Notes: a model not told the origin generated them from the letters alone. Numbered from the stretch's first letter, positions 40,482 to 50,579 are shown. The stretch is DNA of 64,000 bases from an uncultured delta proteobacterium (GCA_963803435.1 CAWDML010000007.1:416001-480000); one strand, 5' to 3'. A program made the numbers and translations.

Positions 40482-40720
40482 ATGAAGGGCGATGACATCG
40501 CGGATCGGTTGCTCAGCGCGAGACCGAGAGTCTCGCAGACTGCGTGCACAAGATGTCAGTGGCGCGGAAGGAGGTGAACGAGTCGCTCTACTGGTTGCGG
40601 CTGGTAAACGGCGATCTTGCGGAAGGAGCCGAGATCGTCGCTCTCATTCGCGAGGCCAATGAGCTCACAGCGATCCTGACCAGCTCGGTCAAGACGGCGA
40701 AAGCACGCTTCCGAGCAAAG
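40482..40720 (+). pseudogene. Degraded four-helix-bundle (23S rRNA IVP-like) protein gene
   Basis: MKGDDIADRLL start, internal deletion/frameshift, then (ESR)..DCVHKMSVARKEVNESLYWLRLV...REANELTAIL. Confidence 0.65.
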
Positions 40721-41132
40721 TCACCGCGCCTGCCGGAACTCGATGATCGCACGAGCGAGATGAAGCAACCCCAAGTCGTGCGCACCGATTCGTTCCCATC
40801 GCACGAGTCGTGCGCGGAATCGGTTGTGCCAGGCGTTCGTCCGCTCGACAACCCAGCGGCGAGGCTTACCGCGAACGCATCCAACCAGAGGCCGCTCGCC
40901 GCGCCGCCGGAGGTGAGAGGGTGACGCGGCGTGATCGAGCAACGGTTTCGACATCTGCGGAGTCGTAGCCCTTGTCGAGGCACAGATTTCTCGGCCGTCG
41001 AGGACCTCGCGAGCCGCGGAGAACAACGCCCTCGAGCGTCTGCCGCACGAGCCACTCGTCGTGAACGTTCGCGCCCGAGATCTCCGCTGCCAGCGGGACA
41101 CCGCGCCCATCCGTGAGGATATGCCGCCTCAC
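40721..41132 (-). mobile_element. IS5-family transposase remnant (C-terminal DDE part, frameshifted)
   Basis: RHILTDGRGVPL..GANVHD, LCLDKGYDS, and in another frame RRWVVERTNAWHNRFR. N-terminus missing; terminal IRs not identified. Confidence 0.85.
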
Positions 41133-41193
41133 GCCGTGTCCAGATCCAAGCCTTCAACGGGGAGCACCCCGACACGGAGGATCGATCGGGTGT

Positions 41194-42474
41194 TCAGCTT
41201 TCCTCGCCGAGCCGGTGCGCTGCTTCCCGCGCGCGCTCGCGGAGCAGCACCTGCTCGCGCGCGTTCTTCGTCATCGAGGCGGCGCGCTCGAGCTCAACTC
41301 GCGCCTCCTCGAATCGCCCCAGCTTGACGAGCAGGTCCCCCCGCACGCTCGCCAGCAGATGGTAACGCTCCAGCGAGGGCTCGTCCTTCAGGGCATCGAT
41401 GATCGCCAGCCCGGCCTCGGGCCCAAACGCCATCGACACCGCGACGGCGCGGTTCAGCTCGACGATCGGCGACGGCGTGACCTGGAAGAGGGCGGCATAG
41501 AGCGCCGCGATGCGCGCCCAGTCGGTCTCCTCCGGAGCCAGGGCGCGCGCGTGGCAGGCGGCGATCGCAGCTTGGAGCGCATATGGACCATGCGCGCCGC
41601 CGAGCGCCTCGGCGCGCTCGAGCGCAGCCAGCCCACGGCGGATCAGGAGCTGATCCCACAGGCTCCGGTTCTGCTCGAGCAGGAGGATCGGCTCGCCCGA
41701 CGGACCGAGCCGCGCCCGGCTCCGCGACGCCTGGATCTCCATGAGCGCGAGCAGACCGTGGACCTCGGGCTCGTTGGGCACCAGCTCGGCGAGGATGCGG
41801 CCGAGCCGGAGCGCGTCCTCGCAAAGCCCCGGTCGCAGCCAATCGTCTCCGGCCGTCGCCGAGTAGCCCTCGTTGAAGACGAGGTAGACGACCTCGAGCA
41901 CCGATGCGAGGCGTTCGACGAGCTCGGGTCCGCGGGGTACCTCGAACGGAACCCGGCCGTCCGCGAGGGCGCGCTTGGCGCGGACGATGCGCTGCGCGAT
42001 CGTCGGCTCGGGGACCAGGAACGCGCGTGCGATCTCCTGGGTCGTCAAACCTCCCAGCACGCGCAGCGTGAGCGCGACCCGGCCATCGAAGGAGAGCACG
42101 GGGTGGCAAGCCGTGAACACGAGCCGCAGCAGATCGTCGCCGACGTCGTCGTCGAGCGCCGCGTCCAGGTCGGGGACCGCGAGCGCCTGCTCCAGCTCGA
42201 GCTCGCGACCCAGCTCCTGGTGCTTCCGATGGAGCATCTGATCGCGACGCACCAGATCGATCGCGCGGTGCTTCGCCGCGGCCATCAGCCACGCGCCCGG
42301 CTTCTCCGGGATGCCCGAGCTCGGCCACTGCTCGAGGGCCGCCACCAGCGCGTCCTGCGCGAGCTGCTCCGCGAGCCCTACGTCGCGAACGATCCGGGCC
42401 AGGCCCGCGATGACCCGGGCCGACTCGATCCTCCAGACCGCATCGATCGCACGGTGCGCCTCCGAATCTGCCAC
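41194..42474 (-). CDS. ECF sigma factor with C-terminal TPR-like extension (ECF42-like)
   Basis: LAEQLAQDAL, PGAWL, DDLLRLVFTACHP, GGLTTQEIARAF, AQRIVRAK, YLVFNEGY, GPYALQAAIAACH, LNRAVA. Confidence 0.9.
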   Translation of the reverse strand: MADSEAHRAIDAVWRIESARVIAGLARIVRDVGLAEQLAQDALVAALEQWPSSGIPEKPGAWLMAAAKHRAIDLVRRDQMLHRKHQELGRELELEQALAVPDLDAALDDDVGDDLLRLVFTACHPVLSFDGRVALTLRVLGGLTTQEIARAFLVPEPTIAQRIVRAKRALADGRVPFEVPRGPELVERLASVLEVVYLVFNEGYSATAGDDWLRPGLCEDALRLGRILAELVPNEPEVHGLLALMEIQASRSRARLGPSGEPILLLEQNRSLWDQLLIRRGLAALERAEALGGAHGPYALQAAIAACHARALAPEETDWARIAALYAALFQVTPSPIVELNRAVAVSMAFGPEAGLAIIDALKDEPSLERYHLLASVRGDLLVKLGRFEEARVELERAASMTKNAREQVLLRERAREAAHRLGEES

Positions 42475-42560
42475 GCCCGGATCAGAGCACGGACGCAGCC
42501 CAACGCAACAGACGAGCGGTTCCTGGCCGCCGACACCCGCCTGCGGTAGTCGTCCGCGCG

Positions 42561-43025
42561 ATGGCTGCCGTGCGACGGACGCGCGCGATGAAGCTGATCA
42601 TCGCCTACAAGCTCGGCAGGGCGCTGCTCGCCGCAGGGCTCGCGGTCTGGGTGATCCGCTGGCCCGACGGGGCGATGAACATCGTCGCGCGCTTCGCGAG
42701 CGAGCTCAGCGACACGCACTCGATCTTGAGCCGCCTGGGCGCGTGGATCCAGGCGCGCCTCTCACCCTCCCGGGAACGCACCACCGCGCTCCTCCTGTCG
42801 CTCGATGCAGCCGCCTCTTGCGTCGAGGGTCTGCTGCTCCTCTCCGGCCGGCCCTGGGCGGAGTGGGTGGTGGTGGGGAGCCTGGGCCTCCTGATCCCCT
42901 TCGAGCTGCTCACGCTGGAGGCGAGGCCGAGCGTGCTGAAGCTGGTGGTCGTCACCGTCAACGTCGCGGTGGTGGGGTACCTGGTCCGTGAGCGACTGCG
43001 CGCGCGCCGGCCGGAGCGCAAGTAG
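42561..43025 (+). CDS. DUF2127-like membrane protein
   Basis: LIIAYKLGRA, VEGLLL...WAEW, LIPFEL, VNVAVVGYL. Confidence 0.75.
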   Translation: MAAVRRTRAMKLIIAYKLGRALLAAGLAVWVIRWPDGAMNIVARFASELSDTHSILSRLGAWIQARLSPSRERTTALLLSLDAAASCVEGLLLLSGRPWAEWVVVGSLGLLIPFELLTLEARPSVLKLVVVTVNVAVVGYLVRERLRARRPERK

Positions 43026-43190
43026 CGGGCCAAGCACGGGTCGCGCGCGAGGAACGACTTCACCAGGCCCGCGCCCACCCGTCGAGGTTTCGCGCCATCC
43101 CGACGCCCTCGCAACGGCCAGCGCCCGCCGAGATGCGGACGGATTTCACCTGTAAGCGGCGTGTCGTCCTTCACCTAAAAAGACAACGAT

Positions 43191-46100
43191 TTGCGCCCAG
43201 CGACGATGATCACAATCTGGATGCGAACGAGCCGGCCGCGCGCATCTCTGAGATGGGTGAGCGAGCTCGAGGCCTCACCCAAGTCGATGGCGCGACGGCC
43301 GCCCGCGATGGTGGCGGCTCCGCCCCGAGCGACCTTCTCCGAGGCGCCCCTGACCGTGGCGCTCTCGCACTTCAAGCAGATGGTGGTGGAGGCCGCCGGC
43401 GCCCTCCTGCCGGGTCCAGGACTCGAAGCCTTGGGGCCCAAAGGCCAGCGCGAGACGACGGCGGCCTTCGTCGAGGCCGCGGCGCTCACCGACCTCGCCG
43501 CCGTGCGCCGCGCGCTCGCGGAGGGGGCGGAGAGAAGCGCCGTCCTCTCGCCGACGGCCTCGGAGAAGCGAACGTCCGAGGCGGAGGCGCTCGCGCACTG
43601 GCTCGACGCCGCCCGCCACGAGTCCCCCAAGCAATGGTCGGCGCACAGGATGGCGCATCTGTCCGCCGACCGCCTGGCCGCATTCGCGCCCGACGAGCGC
43701 GAACGGCGGCTCTTCGAGGGCGTGCGCTTCCTGCTCGACGACCGGCTCGACGAAGCGCGGGCGTCCTTCGAGCAAGCGGGACGTCCGGCCCTGATGCACG
43801 GCGTCGACGACATCCGCTCGCAGGCGCGCGCGCTCGAGCTCGTGAGAAAACTGGCGGCGCATCAACGCTACCAGGATCCGAAGGCCGTGCTCACGTCCGT
43901 CATCGACGAGGCGCTCGCGCTCGGTGAACGCGCGCCGCAGCTGTCGACCAATCTGCTGAGCGTCCGGCTGGAGGCCGAGCTCCTCCTGAACGGCCGCAGC
44001 GCCTGGGAGCCCCGCGACGATACGTCGCACCCGTTGCTCGAGATCCGCTTCGCGCCCGACGACGCGCACGCCCTCGCGCGGGCGCGCGTCCATGCGCGCG
44101 AGCGGTCGGGCGAGCATGCGTTCCTGGCGACGATCGCAGAGGCGGAGCTCTCGCATCGGCTCGGCGATCTCGAAGGGGCGGTGGCCGCGGCGGAGCGGGC
44201 GCGGAGCCGCTCGGGAAGCCCTGAGCGACGCGGCTTGACCGCGCTCCTCTACGCGGCGATCTCCGCCACCGTGCCCGACCCGGCGGCCTGGGAGAAGGCA
44301 GATCGGGTGCTCGGCAACGCGCTCTCGGAGCTCGACTACCGCGGCGCCGGCCTCTGGGAGCAAACCTCGCACTGGGTATCACGACTGACGAAGTGCGCGG
44401 TCTGGTCGGTCCGGCGCGACGATCGTGCCTTCGACCCCAACCCCTCGCGCGCGCCCACCCGCGACATGCAGCGCGTGATCGACGAGCTCCTGCTGGCGCG
44501 GGCGGCGCTGGCGTTGAGACGCGGCCGTCCGCTCCGGGCCCAGCGATCGCTGGTGGCCCTGAAGCCGCTCGACTTCGAGACCTCGGACGAAAAGGAGCGT
44601 CTCCTCCGCGCGATCGAGGGCGGCTCGACCGAACTCCCGATCTCGCGCCTCGAGATCCCCGAGCTGGCGCGCGCCGTCGCCCTGGTCCCGCTGGCGAAGG
44701 CCGCGACGGTCCCGCTCTCGCTGGTGCTCGACGCGGAGCGGTTCGGCCCGCGGGTCGGCCGGACCGGCGCGCTCGATCCGATGGGGATGCGGCTCGCCTT
44801 CGCGCGCGCGGACCTCGGGAACCTGCCGCCCACACCCGAGAGCCTCCTCAGCGCGGTCGGTCGGCGCGCCGGGAGCGCCCTCGGGATCGCGATCGACTCG
44901 CTGGTGCAGTCCAAGCAGCACGAGGGCACGATCCAGGGAAACGACGTCCGTCGCGAGCGAGACGCCTTTCGGCGGGCGCGAGCGCGCGAGCTGGCGGACC
45001 TCGCGCTCGCGCAAGTTGGATTGCATTCGACGCGTCCCTCGAAGGAGGACGCGAGGACGGTGGCGCTCGGGCTGTCGCGTCCGGGTGAGGCTCGGGATCT
45101 CGAGCGGCTCTCCGAGCTCTTCGGTGATCGCGACCGGCCGCTCTCCAGCATGGTTCGCCCGCAGCCGAAGGACCTGCTCCAGGCGGCCACCCGACTGGGC
45201 CGGGCCGCTGGGCTCCTCTCGAGCCCCGCCGGCGCTGTCGAGCTGGAGAAGCAGCGCGAGCTCTTCGGCTCGCTGGCGTCCGCGATACCGGCCGGCGTCT
45301 CCGCAATCGACGAGGCCCGCTCGAAGCTGCAGTCGCTCGGATTCGTGACAGAGCAACCGGGGGAGTTCCAGCGCGGCAAGCAACGCGTCCAGCTTGAGCC
45401 CGTCGGAGTGGGTACCATGGACGGCTACTCGCTGGCGGTGGGACCCGAGCGGCTCGTGCGCATCGCCGGGCTGACCTTCGAGGGCGGCGACTGGGAGCTC
45501 TTCGAGCACGGCCGCGAGCGGGAGCTGGCGCGCTATCGCAGAGCCCGCCACCGCACGCCCGATCCCGAGCGGCTGGCCGCAGTTCGGGATTCCGGCAGCG
45601 TGCGCCGCTTCATCGCGCTCAGAGGTCGACCGGTCGAGTCCATGGGTGAGAAGCGAAGCCAGCTGCGCGAGCTCTCCCAGCTGGAGCAGCGAGCGATGGC
45701 GCTGCTGGCGACGCTGAGGGCGAACGACGCCCTCCCCAAGGCCTTCTACATCATGGTCGACGGCATCGACGCCGCCAGCAAGACCTCGAACGGTCTCAGG
45801 TTCGTGGAGCTTCTCGAGGCCGCCGGCTATCTGCCCGGGGGCCGAGGCTTCAAGGCACGCACCGAGGAGGAGCAGCGCGAGCATTACCTGGCGCGGTTCG
45901 ATCGCATGCGGCCGAAGGCAGGCAGGGTCTTCTTCGCGGATCGCTCGCCGCTCGGCGACTTCGCGTACCGGTCCGATCTTTCACAGGAGGATGCGGAGCA
46001 CATGGCCGAGGACTTCCTCGCCTGGCAGCGCTCGATGGAGGACCAGGGGATCGTAGTGCTGAAGCTGCTCTTCTATCCGGGCGACGACGCCGACGACGAT

Positions 46101-46460
46101 GCGAGGGATCTCGCTCCGCTGTGGCGCCCGATGTTCACGTTCGGCAAGCGGGAGGGCCGCGTCGTGGCCGCCACGGACCTCGCGATCGAGCGCCGCGCCC
46201 GTGGTGAGGACGACGATCTGAACGGGCTGATCGAGGCAGGCTCGCTCTCTCCCGGGATCAACGATCTGCGCTCCTTCTACGACGGCGTGCAGACGCATCA
46301 GCGCTTCCAGTGGGCGGCGGATCTGACCGCCGGCGACTCGAGCAACCCCTGGCTCACCATCGAGACCCTCGAACGGCACGACGGCCGGGTGGCGGCGATG
46401 AAGGCGCTCATCCAGCGGCTCGAGCGGCTCGTCGAGGAGAGCGCCGCGCTACGCCCGTAG
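43191..46460 (+). CDS. Large protein: unknown, largely helical N-terminal ~830 aa plus C-terminal divergent polyphosphate kinase 2 domain
   Basis: C-terminal VDGIDAASKT (Walker A-like), FKARTEEEQREHYLARF, FFADRSP (Walker B-like), WQRSMEDQGIVVLKLLF, PWLTI; start uncertain. Confidence 0.75.
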   Translation: MRPATMITIWMRTSRPRASLRWVSELEASPKSMARRPPAMVAAPPRATFSEAPLTVALSHFKQMVVEAAGALLPGPGLEALGPKGQRETTAAFVEAAALTDLAAVRRALAEGAERSAVLSPTASEKRTSEAEALAHWLDAARHESPKQWSAHRMAHLSADRLAAFAPDERERRLFEGVRFLLDDRLDEARASFEQAGRPALMHGVDDIRSQARALELVRKLAAHQRYQDPKAVLTSVIDEALALGERAPQLSTNLLSVRLEAELLLNGRSAWEPRDDTSHPLLEIRFAPDDAHALARARVHARERSGEHAFLATIAEAELSHRLGDLEGAVAAAERARSRSGSPERRGLTALLYAAISATVPDPAAWEKADRVLGNALSELDYRGAGLWEQTSHWVSRLTKCAVWSVRRDDRAFDPNPSRAPTRDMQRVIDELLLARAALALRRGRPLRAQRSLVALKPLDFETSDEKERLLRAIEGGSTELPISRLEIPELARAVALVPLAKAATVPLSLVLDAERFGPRVGRTGALDPMGMRLAFARADLGNLPPTPESLLSAVGRRAGSALGIAIDSLVQSKQHEGTIQGNDVRRERDAFRRARARELADLALAQVGLHSTRPSKEDARTVALGLSRPGEARDLERLSELFGDRDRPLSSMVRPQPKDLLQAATRLGRAAGLLSSPAGAVELEKQRELFGSLASAIPAGVSAIDEARSKLQSLGFVTEQPGEFQRGKQRVQLEPVGVGTMDGYSLAVGPERLVRIAGLTFEGGDWELFEHGRERELARYRRARHRTPDPERLAAVRDSGSVRRFIALRGRPVESMGEKRSQLRELSQLEQRAMALLATLRANDALPKAFYIMVDGIDAASKTSNGLRFVELLEAAGYLPGGRGFKARTEEEQREHYLARFDRMRPKAGRVFFADRSPLGDFAYRSDLSQEDAEHMAEDFLAWQRSMEDQGIVVLKLLFYPGDDADDDARDLAPLWRPMFTFGKREGRVVAATDLAIERRARGEDDDLNGLIEAGSLSPGINDLRSFYDGVQTHQRFQWAADLTAGDSSNPWLTIETLERHDGRVAAMKALIQRLERLVEESAALRP

Positions 46461-46496
46461 CCGATACCCACCGCCTGCGAGCAAGCGACCTCGACC

Positions 46497-47879
46497 TCAC
46501 GGTCGTGGCGTGAGGTGGCGCTCCAGCTCCTCGAGCGCCTCGAGGCTATACACGGCCAGTCGCTGGAGGTGCGGCACCGTCTCGCGACAACCGATGAACC
46601 CGAACCCGAGCGTGTCGCAGTAGCTGAACGTGGTGATGTTGAGCCCGTAGCCGTGAAACGGGATCGACAAGGCATAGCTGGCCTCGATCCGCGCGCCGCG
46701 AAAGAAGAGCGGATGCGTCGGGCCGGGGACATTGGAGATCACGAGGTTGAACGCCGGCCGCAGCCGGCCGACCGTGCCGGTGATGGTCTGCAGGCTCATC
46801 GGCGCCAGGAGCAGCGCACTGTACTGGAGGATGGCGTTCTTCGACATCCCCTGCAGCTGGTCCTTCGCGCGTCGCGAGGACTCGACGATCGCGGCGAAGC
46901 GGGCCTTCGGATCGGCGACGTCCGTGGCCAGCGCGACCAGGATGGCGCCGACCGCATTGCCGCCGCCCGGGTCGTCCTTGGGGCGGATGTTGACCGGCAC
47001 CATCGCGATCAGCGGATCGGCGGGGAGAGCATCCTGCTCGACGAGCAAGCGGCGAAGCGACGCTGACGAGAGCGCGAGGATGGTGTCGTTGAGCGTGCCG
47101 TGCCCCGCCCTCCCGACCTTCTTCAAACGTTCGAGCGAGAAGTGCTGGGTGGCGAAGCGCCGATTGCGGCTGATCTTACGGTTGAGGATCGACTTCGGCG
47201 CCTGAAATGGTCGCACCAGGCTCTTCCCTCGTCCCCGGACGATGTTCATCAGCGCCCGGCCGACGTCGCGGGTCGCACCCATCTGATCGCGCACCGCCTC
47301 GAACAGGGCGGCGATGCTCGGAGCGCCCTCCTCGACACGTGGCCGGCGCGCCTCCGGAGGCATCGCGAAGAACGGCGTGCGATCGCGGTCGTGCGGATCG
47401 CCGGCCAGGCTGCGCATGAGGGTGCGCGTTCCGGTGTACCCATCCATCAGTGAGTGATGGACCTTGAAGTACATGGCGAAGCGCCCCTCCGAGAGCCCCT
47501 CGATCAGGTGGAGCTCCCAGGGCGGCCGGTGAAAGTCCATCTGATGGCTGTGCAACCTCGACACCAGGATGCCGAGCTCGCGCTCGTCGCCGGGAGACGG
47601 TAGCGCGGAGCGGCGGACGTGATAGTCGAGATCGCAGTCCCGGTCTTCGACCCAGGCCTGCCTCGGGTGGGTCAGGAATTCGGGCGACCTCAGCTTCAGG
47701 CTCCAGGGCGGCTCGATCCGATCGGAGCTCCAGAAGTCCTCGACCACCTCGCGCAGGAAGCTCGGCGGGGCATCCTCCGGTGGCGAGAAGACGTGGAGAC
47801 CGCCCACGTGCATCATCGACTCGCGGGTCTCGATCGCCAGGAACATCGCGTCGAGGACGCCGAGCTTCTTCGTCACCAT
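46497..47879 (-). CDS. Wax ester synthase/diacylglycerol acyltransferase (WS/DGAT)
   Basis: LDAMFLAIE..MHVG, DLDYHVR, PPWELHLIEGL, catalytic HHSLMDG, TLND, MVPVNIR, NLVISNVPGP. Confidence 0.95.
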   Translation of the reverse strand: MVTKKLGVLDAMFLAIETRESMMHVGGLHVFSPPEDAPPSFLREVVEDFWSSDRIEPPWSLKLRSPEFLTHPRQAWVEDRDCDLDYHVRRSALPSPGDERELGILVSRLHSHQMDFHRPPWELHLIEGLSEGRFAMYFKVHHSLMDGYTGTRTLMRSLAGDPHDRDRTPFFAMPPEARRPRVEEGAPSIAALFEAVRDQMGATRDVGRALMNIVRGRGKSLVRPFQAPKSILNRKISRNRRFATQHFSLERLKKVGRAGHGTLNDTILALSSASLRRLLVEQDALPADPLIAMVPVNIRPKDDPGGGNAVGAILVALATDVADPKARFAAIVESSRRAKDQLQGMSKNAILQYSALLLAPMSLQTITGTVGRLRPAFNLVISNVPGPTHPLFFRGARIEASYALSIPFHGYGLNITTFSYCDTLGFGFIGCRETVPHLQRLAVYSLEALEELERHLTPRP

Positions 47880-47975
47880 CGAACCGGCGCACCGTCGCAC
47901 GAACGCACCGGCGGCGCGAGCGTCGCCGGCGGCCGTTGACATCGGCGGCCGAGCCCGCCAACCGGGACAGAAGAG

Positions 47976-48773
47976 ATGCCGACGCTCGATCGCGACACCC
48001 ACCGGCTGCACTTCGACGTCCGGGGGCCGGCCAGCGCGCCGCCGGCGCTCCTGATCATGGGGCTAGCGTTCTCGTCGCGCGCCTGGCACTCGCTCCCCGA
48101 GCGGCTCGAGCACGCCTTCCGCGTGATCACGTTCGACAACGCCGGCACCGGACGCTCCTCTGCACCCCGCTCACTCCGGCTGCCGCAGATGGCCGACGAC
48201 GCCGCAGCGGTCCTCGACGCAGCGGGCGTGGATCAGGCGGCGGTGTTCGGGATCTCGATGGGAGGAATGATCGCGATCGAGCTGGCGCTCCGCCACCGAG
48301 CGCGGGTGCGGCGGTTGGCGCTGGGAGCGACGTTCGGCGGCTACTGGAAGAGCCGCAAGCCATCCTTCGACACGGTGGCGATGCTCGCGGCGGCCACGGT
48401 GCTCGGAAAGCGGTTTCCGCCGGGTCGTCTGGCGGGGCTGCTCACTACGGACACCTACTTCGCGAGGGATCGAGAGGGCTTTCTCGCCTGGCTGGCCCGC
48501 ACCGACCCCACCGATCCCTTCACCGCAATGCGGCAGATGAACGCCATCGTGCGGCATGCCGCGACCGATCGACTGTCGCAGATCCGGATCCCCACGCTGG
48601 TGATCACCGGCGATCGCGATCGCCTGGTGCCAGCCGAGAACTCGAGGCGGCTGGCGCGCGCGATCGAGGGTGCCCGCCTGCTCGAGCTCTCCGGCGCCGG
48701 TCACTGCTTCCCGGTCGAGCGGCCCGACGAGGTGGCGTTCGCGCTGGAGACCTTCTTCGCCGAGCCGGCCTGA
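47976..48773 (+). CDS. Alpha/beta hydrolase
   Basis: LLIMGL, FDNAGTGRS, nucleophile GISMGG, GDRDRLVP, GAGHCF. Confidence 0.9.
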   Translation: MPTLDRDTHRLHFDVRGPASAPPALLIMGLAFSSRAWHSLPERLEHAFRVITFDNAGTGRSSAPRSLRLPQMADDAAAVLDAAGVDQAAVFGISMGGMIAIELALRHRARVRRLALGATFGGYWKSRKPSFDTVAMLAAATVLGKRFPPGRLAGLLTTDTYFARDREGFLAWLARTDPTDPFTAMRQMNAIVRHAATDRLSQIRIPTLVITGDRDRLVPAENSRRLARAIEGARLLELSGAGHCFPVERPDEVAFALETFFAEPA

Positions 48774-50083
48774 AAGAGCTCTGGACGAACCACCGTCCGC
48801 AACCGTGCCCCCGGACTGCGCCGCCGGGCCCCATCCAGGACCGCCGACAGCAGATCGAGCACGCCTTCGGATCGCTGCGTCAGCTCGAGACCCTCCACCT
48901 CGAGCACGGCGGCATACGCAATCCCCATGTGCTCGTCGATCGTCCGGAGGATCTGATCGAGCCCCCCCTGCCGGTCTTTGCCGACCTGGTAGACGTACAT
49001 GGTCCTCGGCTCCTGCTCGGCGATCGCCGCCCGCGGTCTCAGCGACTCCATCAAGGCCTCGGCCTCTTTTGGGTCCCAGTCGGCGCGCTGCGTCTCGACC
49101 ATCGCCATCGACAGACCTTCCTCTCCCACCCGGGCCAGCTCGGCCGCCAGCCAGTTGCGCCAGACCGAGGGAATCAGAAAGCCCCCGAACGTGAGAAAGA
49201 CGGGAGGCGGCGTCCCGCGCAGGACCTCGGTACCGGTGCGCGCGACATGCTGGAGGATCGCCAGGTCGAGGGCATCGAAGGGGTGCGGGCGGCGATCGAC
49301 CATCAGCAGCGCGCCCACCGCGGGCCCGCTGGGCAGAGCGACCGGGCTGGCCACCAGGAACTGCAGCGACGATCCGTCCTCGGTGCGGGTGAAGAACGGC
49401 AGATCACGAAGATCGGCGATCACGAGCGCCGAGCCGGTCTCGATGACGTCAATCGAGAGCTGAAGCAGCCGATGGGTCACCGGCCCGCGACCGCACAGCG
49501 CCGCCGAGGAGGCCAGGATCTCAGGCTCGCCGTTCCGCAGCATCACCACCGCGACACAGACCTCGCCAAAGTAGCGGGACAGCACGCCGACGACCCGGTC
49601 CAGGTTTGCTGGGAAACCAGGGCGCGCCGCCAGGGCCTCTTCGAGCGCGCGCTCCGCTCGGGCGCTGGCGGCGCGCCGCCGCTCGATCGCGCGCGCGCGC
49701 GAGTCGCGGAGCGATCGGGCCGCCTCCTGGTCGACATCGAGGAGCGACAGGATCTCGCCGGTGTCGATCGGCTTCAGCTGAAAATCCGAGGCGCCCCGTG
49801 CACGCGCCTCGGACTCGAGGGCCGGAAATCCGGAGATGGCGATGATCTTCGGCCGCGGCGGCCCGATCACCTCGGCCACCCGGGAGATCAGGTCCAGTCC
49901 GCTGATCCCGGGCATCATCAGGTCCGTCAGGATCACGTCGGGATGCCAGTCGCGCATGATCTCGAGGGCCACCGCGGCGGACGGGGCCGCCTTCACCTCA
50001 TAGTCGGTCTCGAAGCGAATGATGCTGACGAGCATCTCCAGGATGTCCACCGAGTCCTCGACGATCAGCACTTTGGAGGTCAT
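48701..50083 (-). CDS. Response regulator REC + GAF + degenerate C-terminal domain
   Basis: VLIVEDS, TDLMMPGISG, KPID; GAF-like VIADL...FLVASPV...VGALLMVDRRPHPF. Confidence 0.8.
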   Translation of the reverse strand: MTSKVLIVEDSVDILEMLVSIIRFETDYEVKAAPSAAVALEIMRDWHPDVILTDLMMPGISGLDLISRVAEVIGPPRPKIIAISGFPALESEARARGASDFQLKPIDTGEILSLLDVDQEAARSLRDSRARAIERRRAASARAERALEEALAARPGFPANLDRVVGVLSRYFGEVCVAVVMLRNGEPEILASSAALCGRGPVTHRLLQLSIDVIETGSALVIADLRDLPFFTRTEDGSSLQFLVASPVALPSGPAVGALLMVDRRPHPFDALDLAILQHVARTGTEVLRGTPPPVFLTFGGFLIPSVWRNWLAAELARVGEEGLSMAMVETQRADWDPKEAEALMESLRPRAAIAEQEPRTMYVYQVGKDRQGGLDQILRTIDEHMGIAYAAVLEVEGLELTQRSEGVLDLLSAVLDGARRRSPGARLRTVVRPELFQAGSAKKVSSANATSSGRSTGKQ

Positions 50084-50099
50084 CTCGAGGTGGAGCAGA

Positions 50100-50115
50100 A
50101 GCAACACGGATGCCG
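50100..50115 (-). promoter_or_regulatory. Candidate sigma-54 promoter for the REC-GAF gene
   Basis: CGGCATCCGTGTTGCT (GG-N10-GC, TTGCT), 16 bp upstream of ATG 50083. Confidence 0.6.
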
Positions 50116-50196
50116 AAGGATCCACGACAGCACGCCACGGATCGATCGGGACTGCGATCGTGGCTCCAAGGATGGGCGAAAAAAAACCGCAACCGT

Positions 50197-50493
50197 TCAG
50201 CGGGTGCTCGGACCGATGACCTCAACGCCCCGCCAGAACGCAACGTAGCCTGCAATATTCTTCGCGGCGTCCTTGGGCTCGGGATAGTACCAGGCGGCGT
50301 CCTTGTTCACTTTGCCGTCCACGACGAGATCGTAGTAGCTCGCGGTCCCCTTCCAGCCGCATACGGTGTGGGTCTCGGTGCTCCGCAAATAGCTCTGGTC
50401 CACGGCGGAGGGCGGAAAGTAGATGTTCCCCTCCACGACCTCGACGTCGTCGCTCTCTGCGATCACTGCTCCATTCCAAGTCGCTCTTACCAC
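50197..50493 (-). CDS. DUF427 family protein
   Basis: ATWNGAVIAESD, VEGNIYFP, CGWKGTASYY, AAWYYPEPK, YVAFW. Confidence 0.92.
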   Translation of the reverse strand: MVRATWNGAVIAESDDVEVVEGNIYFPPSAVDQSYLRSTETHTVCGWKGTASYYDLVVDGKVNKDAAWYYPEPKDAAKNIAGYVAFWRGVEVIGPSTR

Positions 50494-50542
50494 GACCGAT
50501 CCCTACCCCGTTTGACCCTTCGATGCACCCTGGTCGATGCTC

Positions 50543-50575
50543 GCGCGCCGACGCGCTATGGTAGCGCTGGCGCGC
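50543..50575. promoter_or_regulatory. Inverted repeat overlapping a -10-like TATGGT before marR; candidate MarR operator
   Basis: GCGCGCC-GAC-GCGCTA-TGG-TAGCGC-T-GGCGCGC between the divergent DUF427 and marR genes. Confidence 0.4.
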
Positions 50576-50579
50576 CCCC

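Noticed and set aside
40482-40720. Diversity-generating retroelement accessory gene (Avd-like four-helix bundle)
   Set aside because: No reverse transcriptase or TR/VR repeat pair in the window, and the gene is degraded.
48701-48773. Convergent 3' overlaps (73 bp here; 32 bp at 33098-33129)
   Set aside because: Common in GC-rich genomes with scarce stop codons; no evidence of function.
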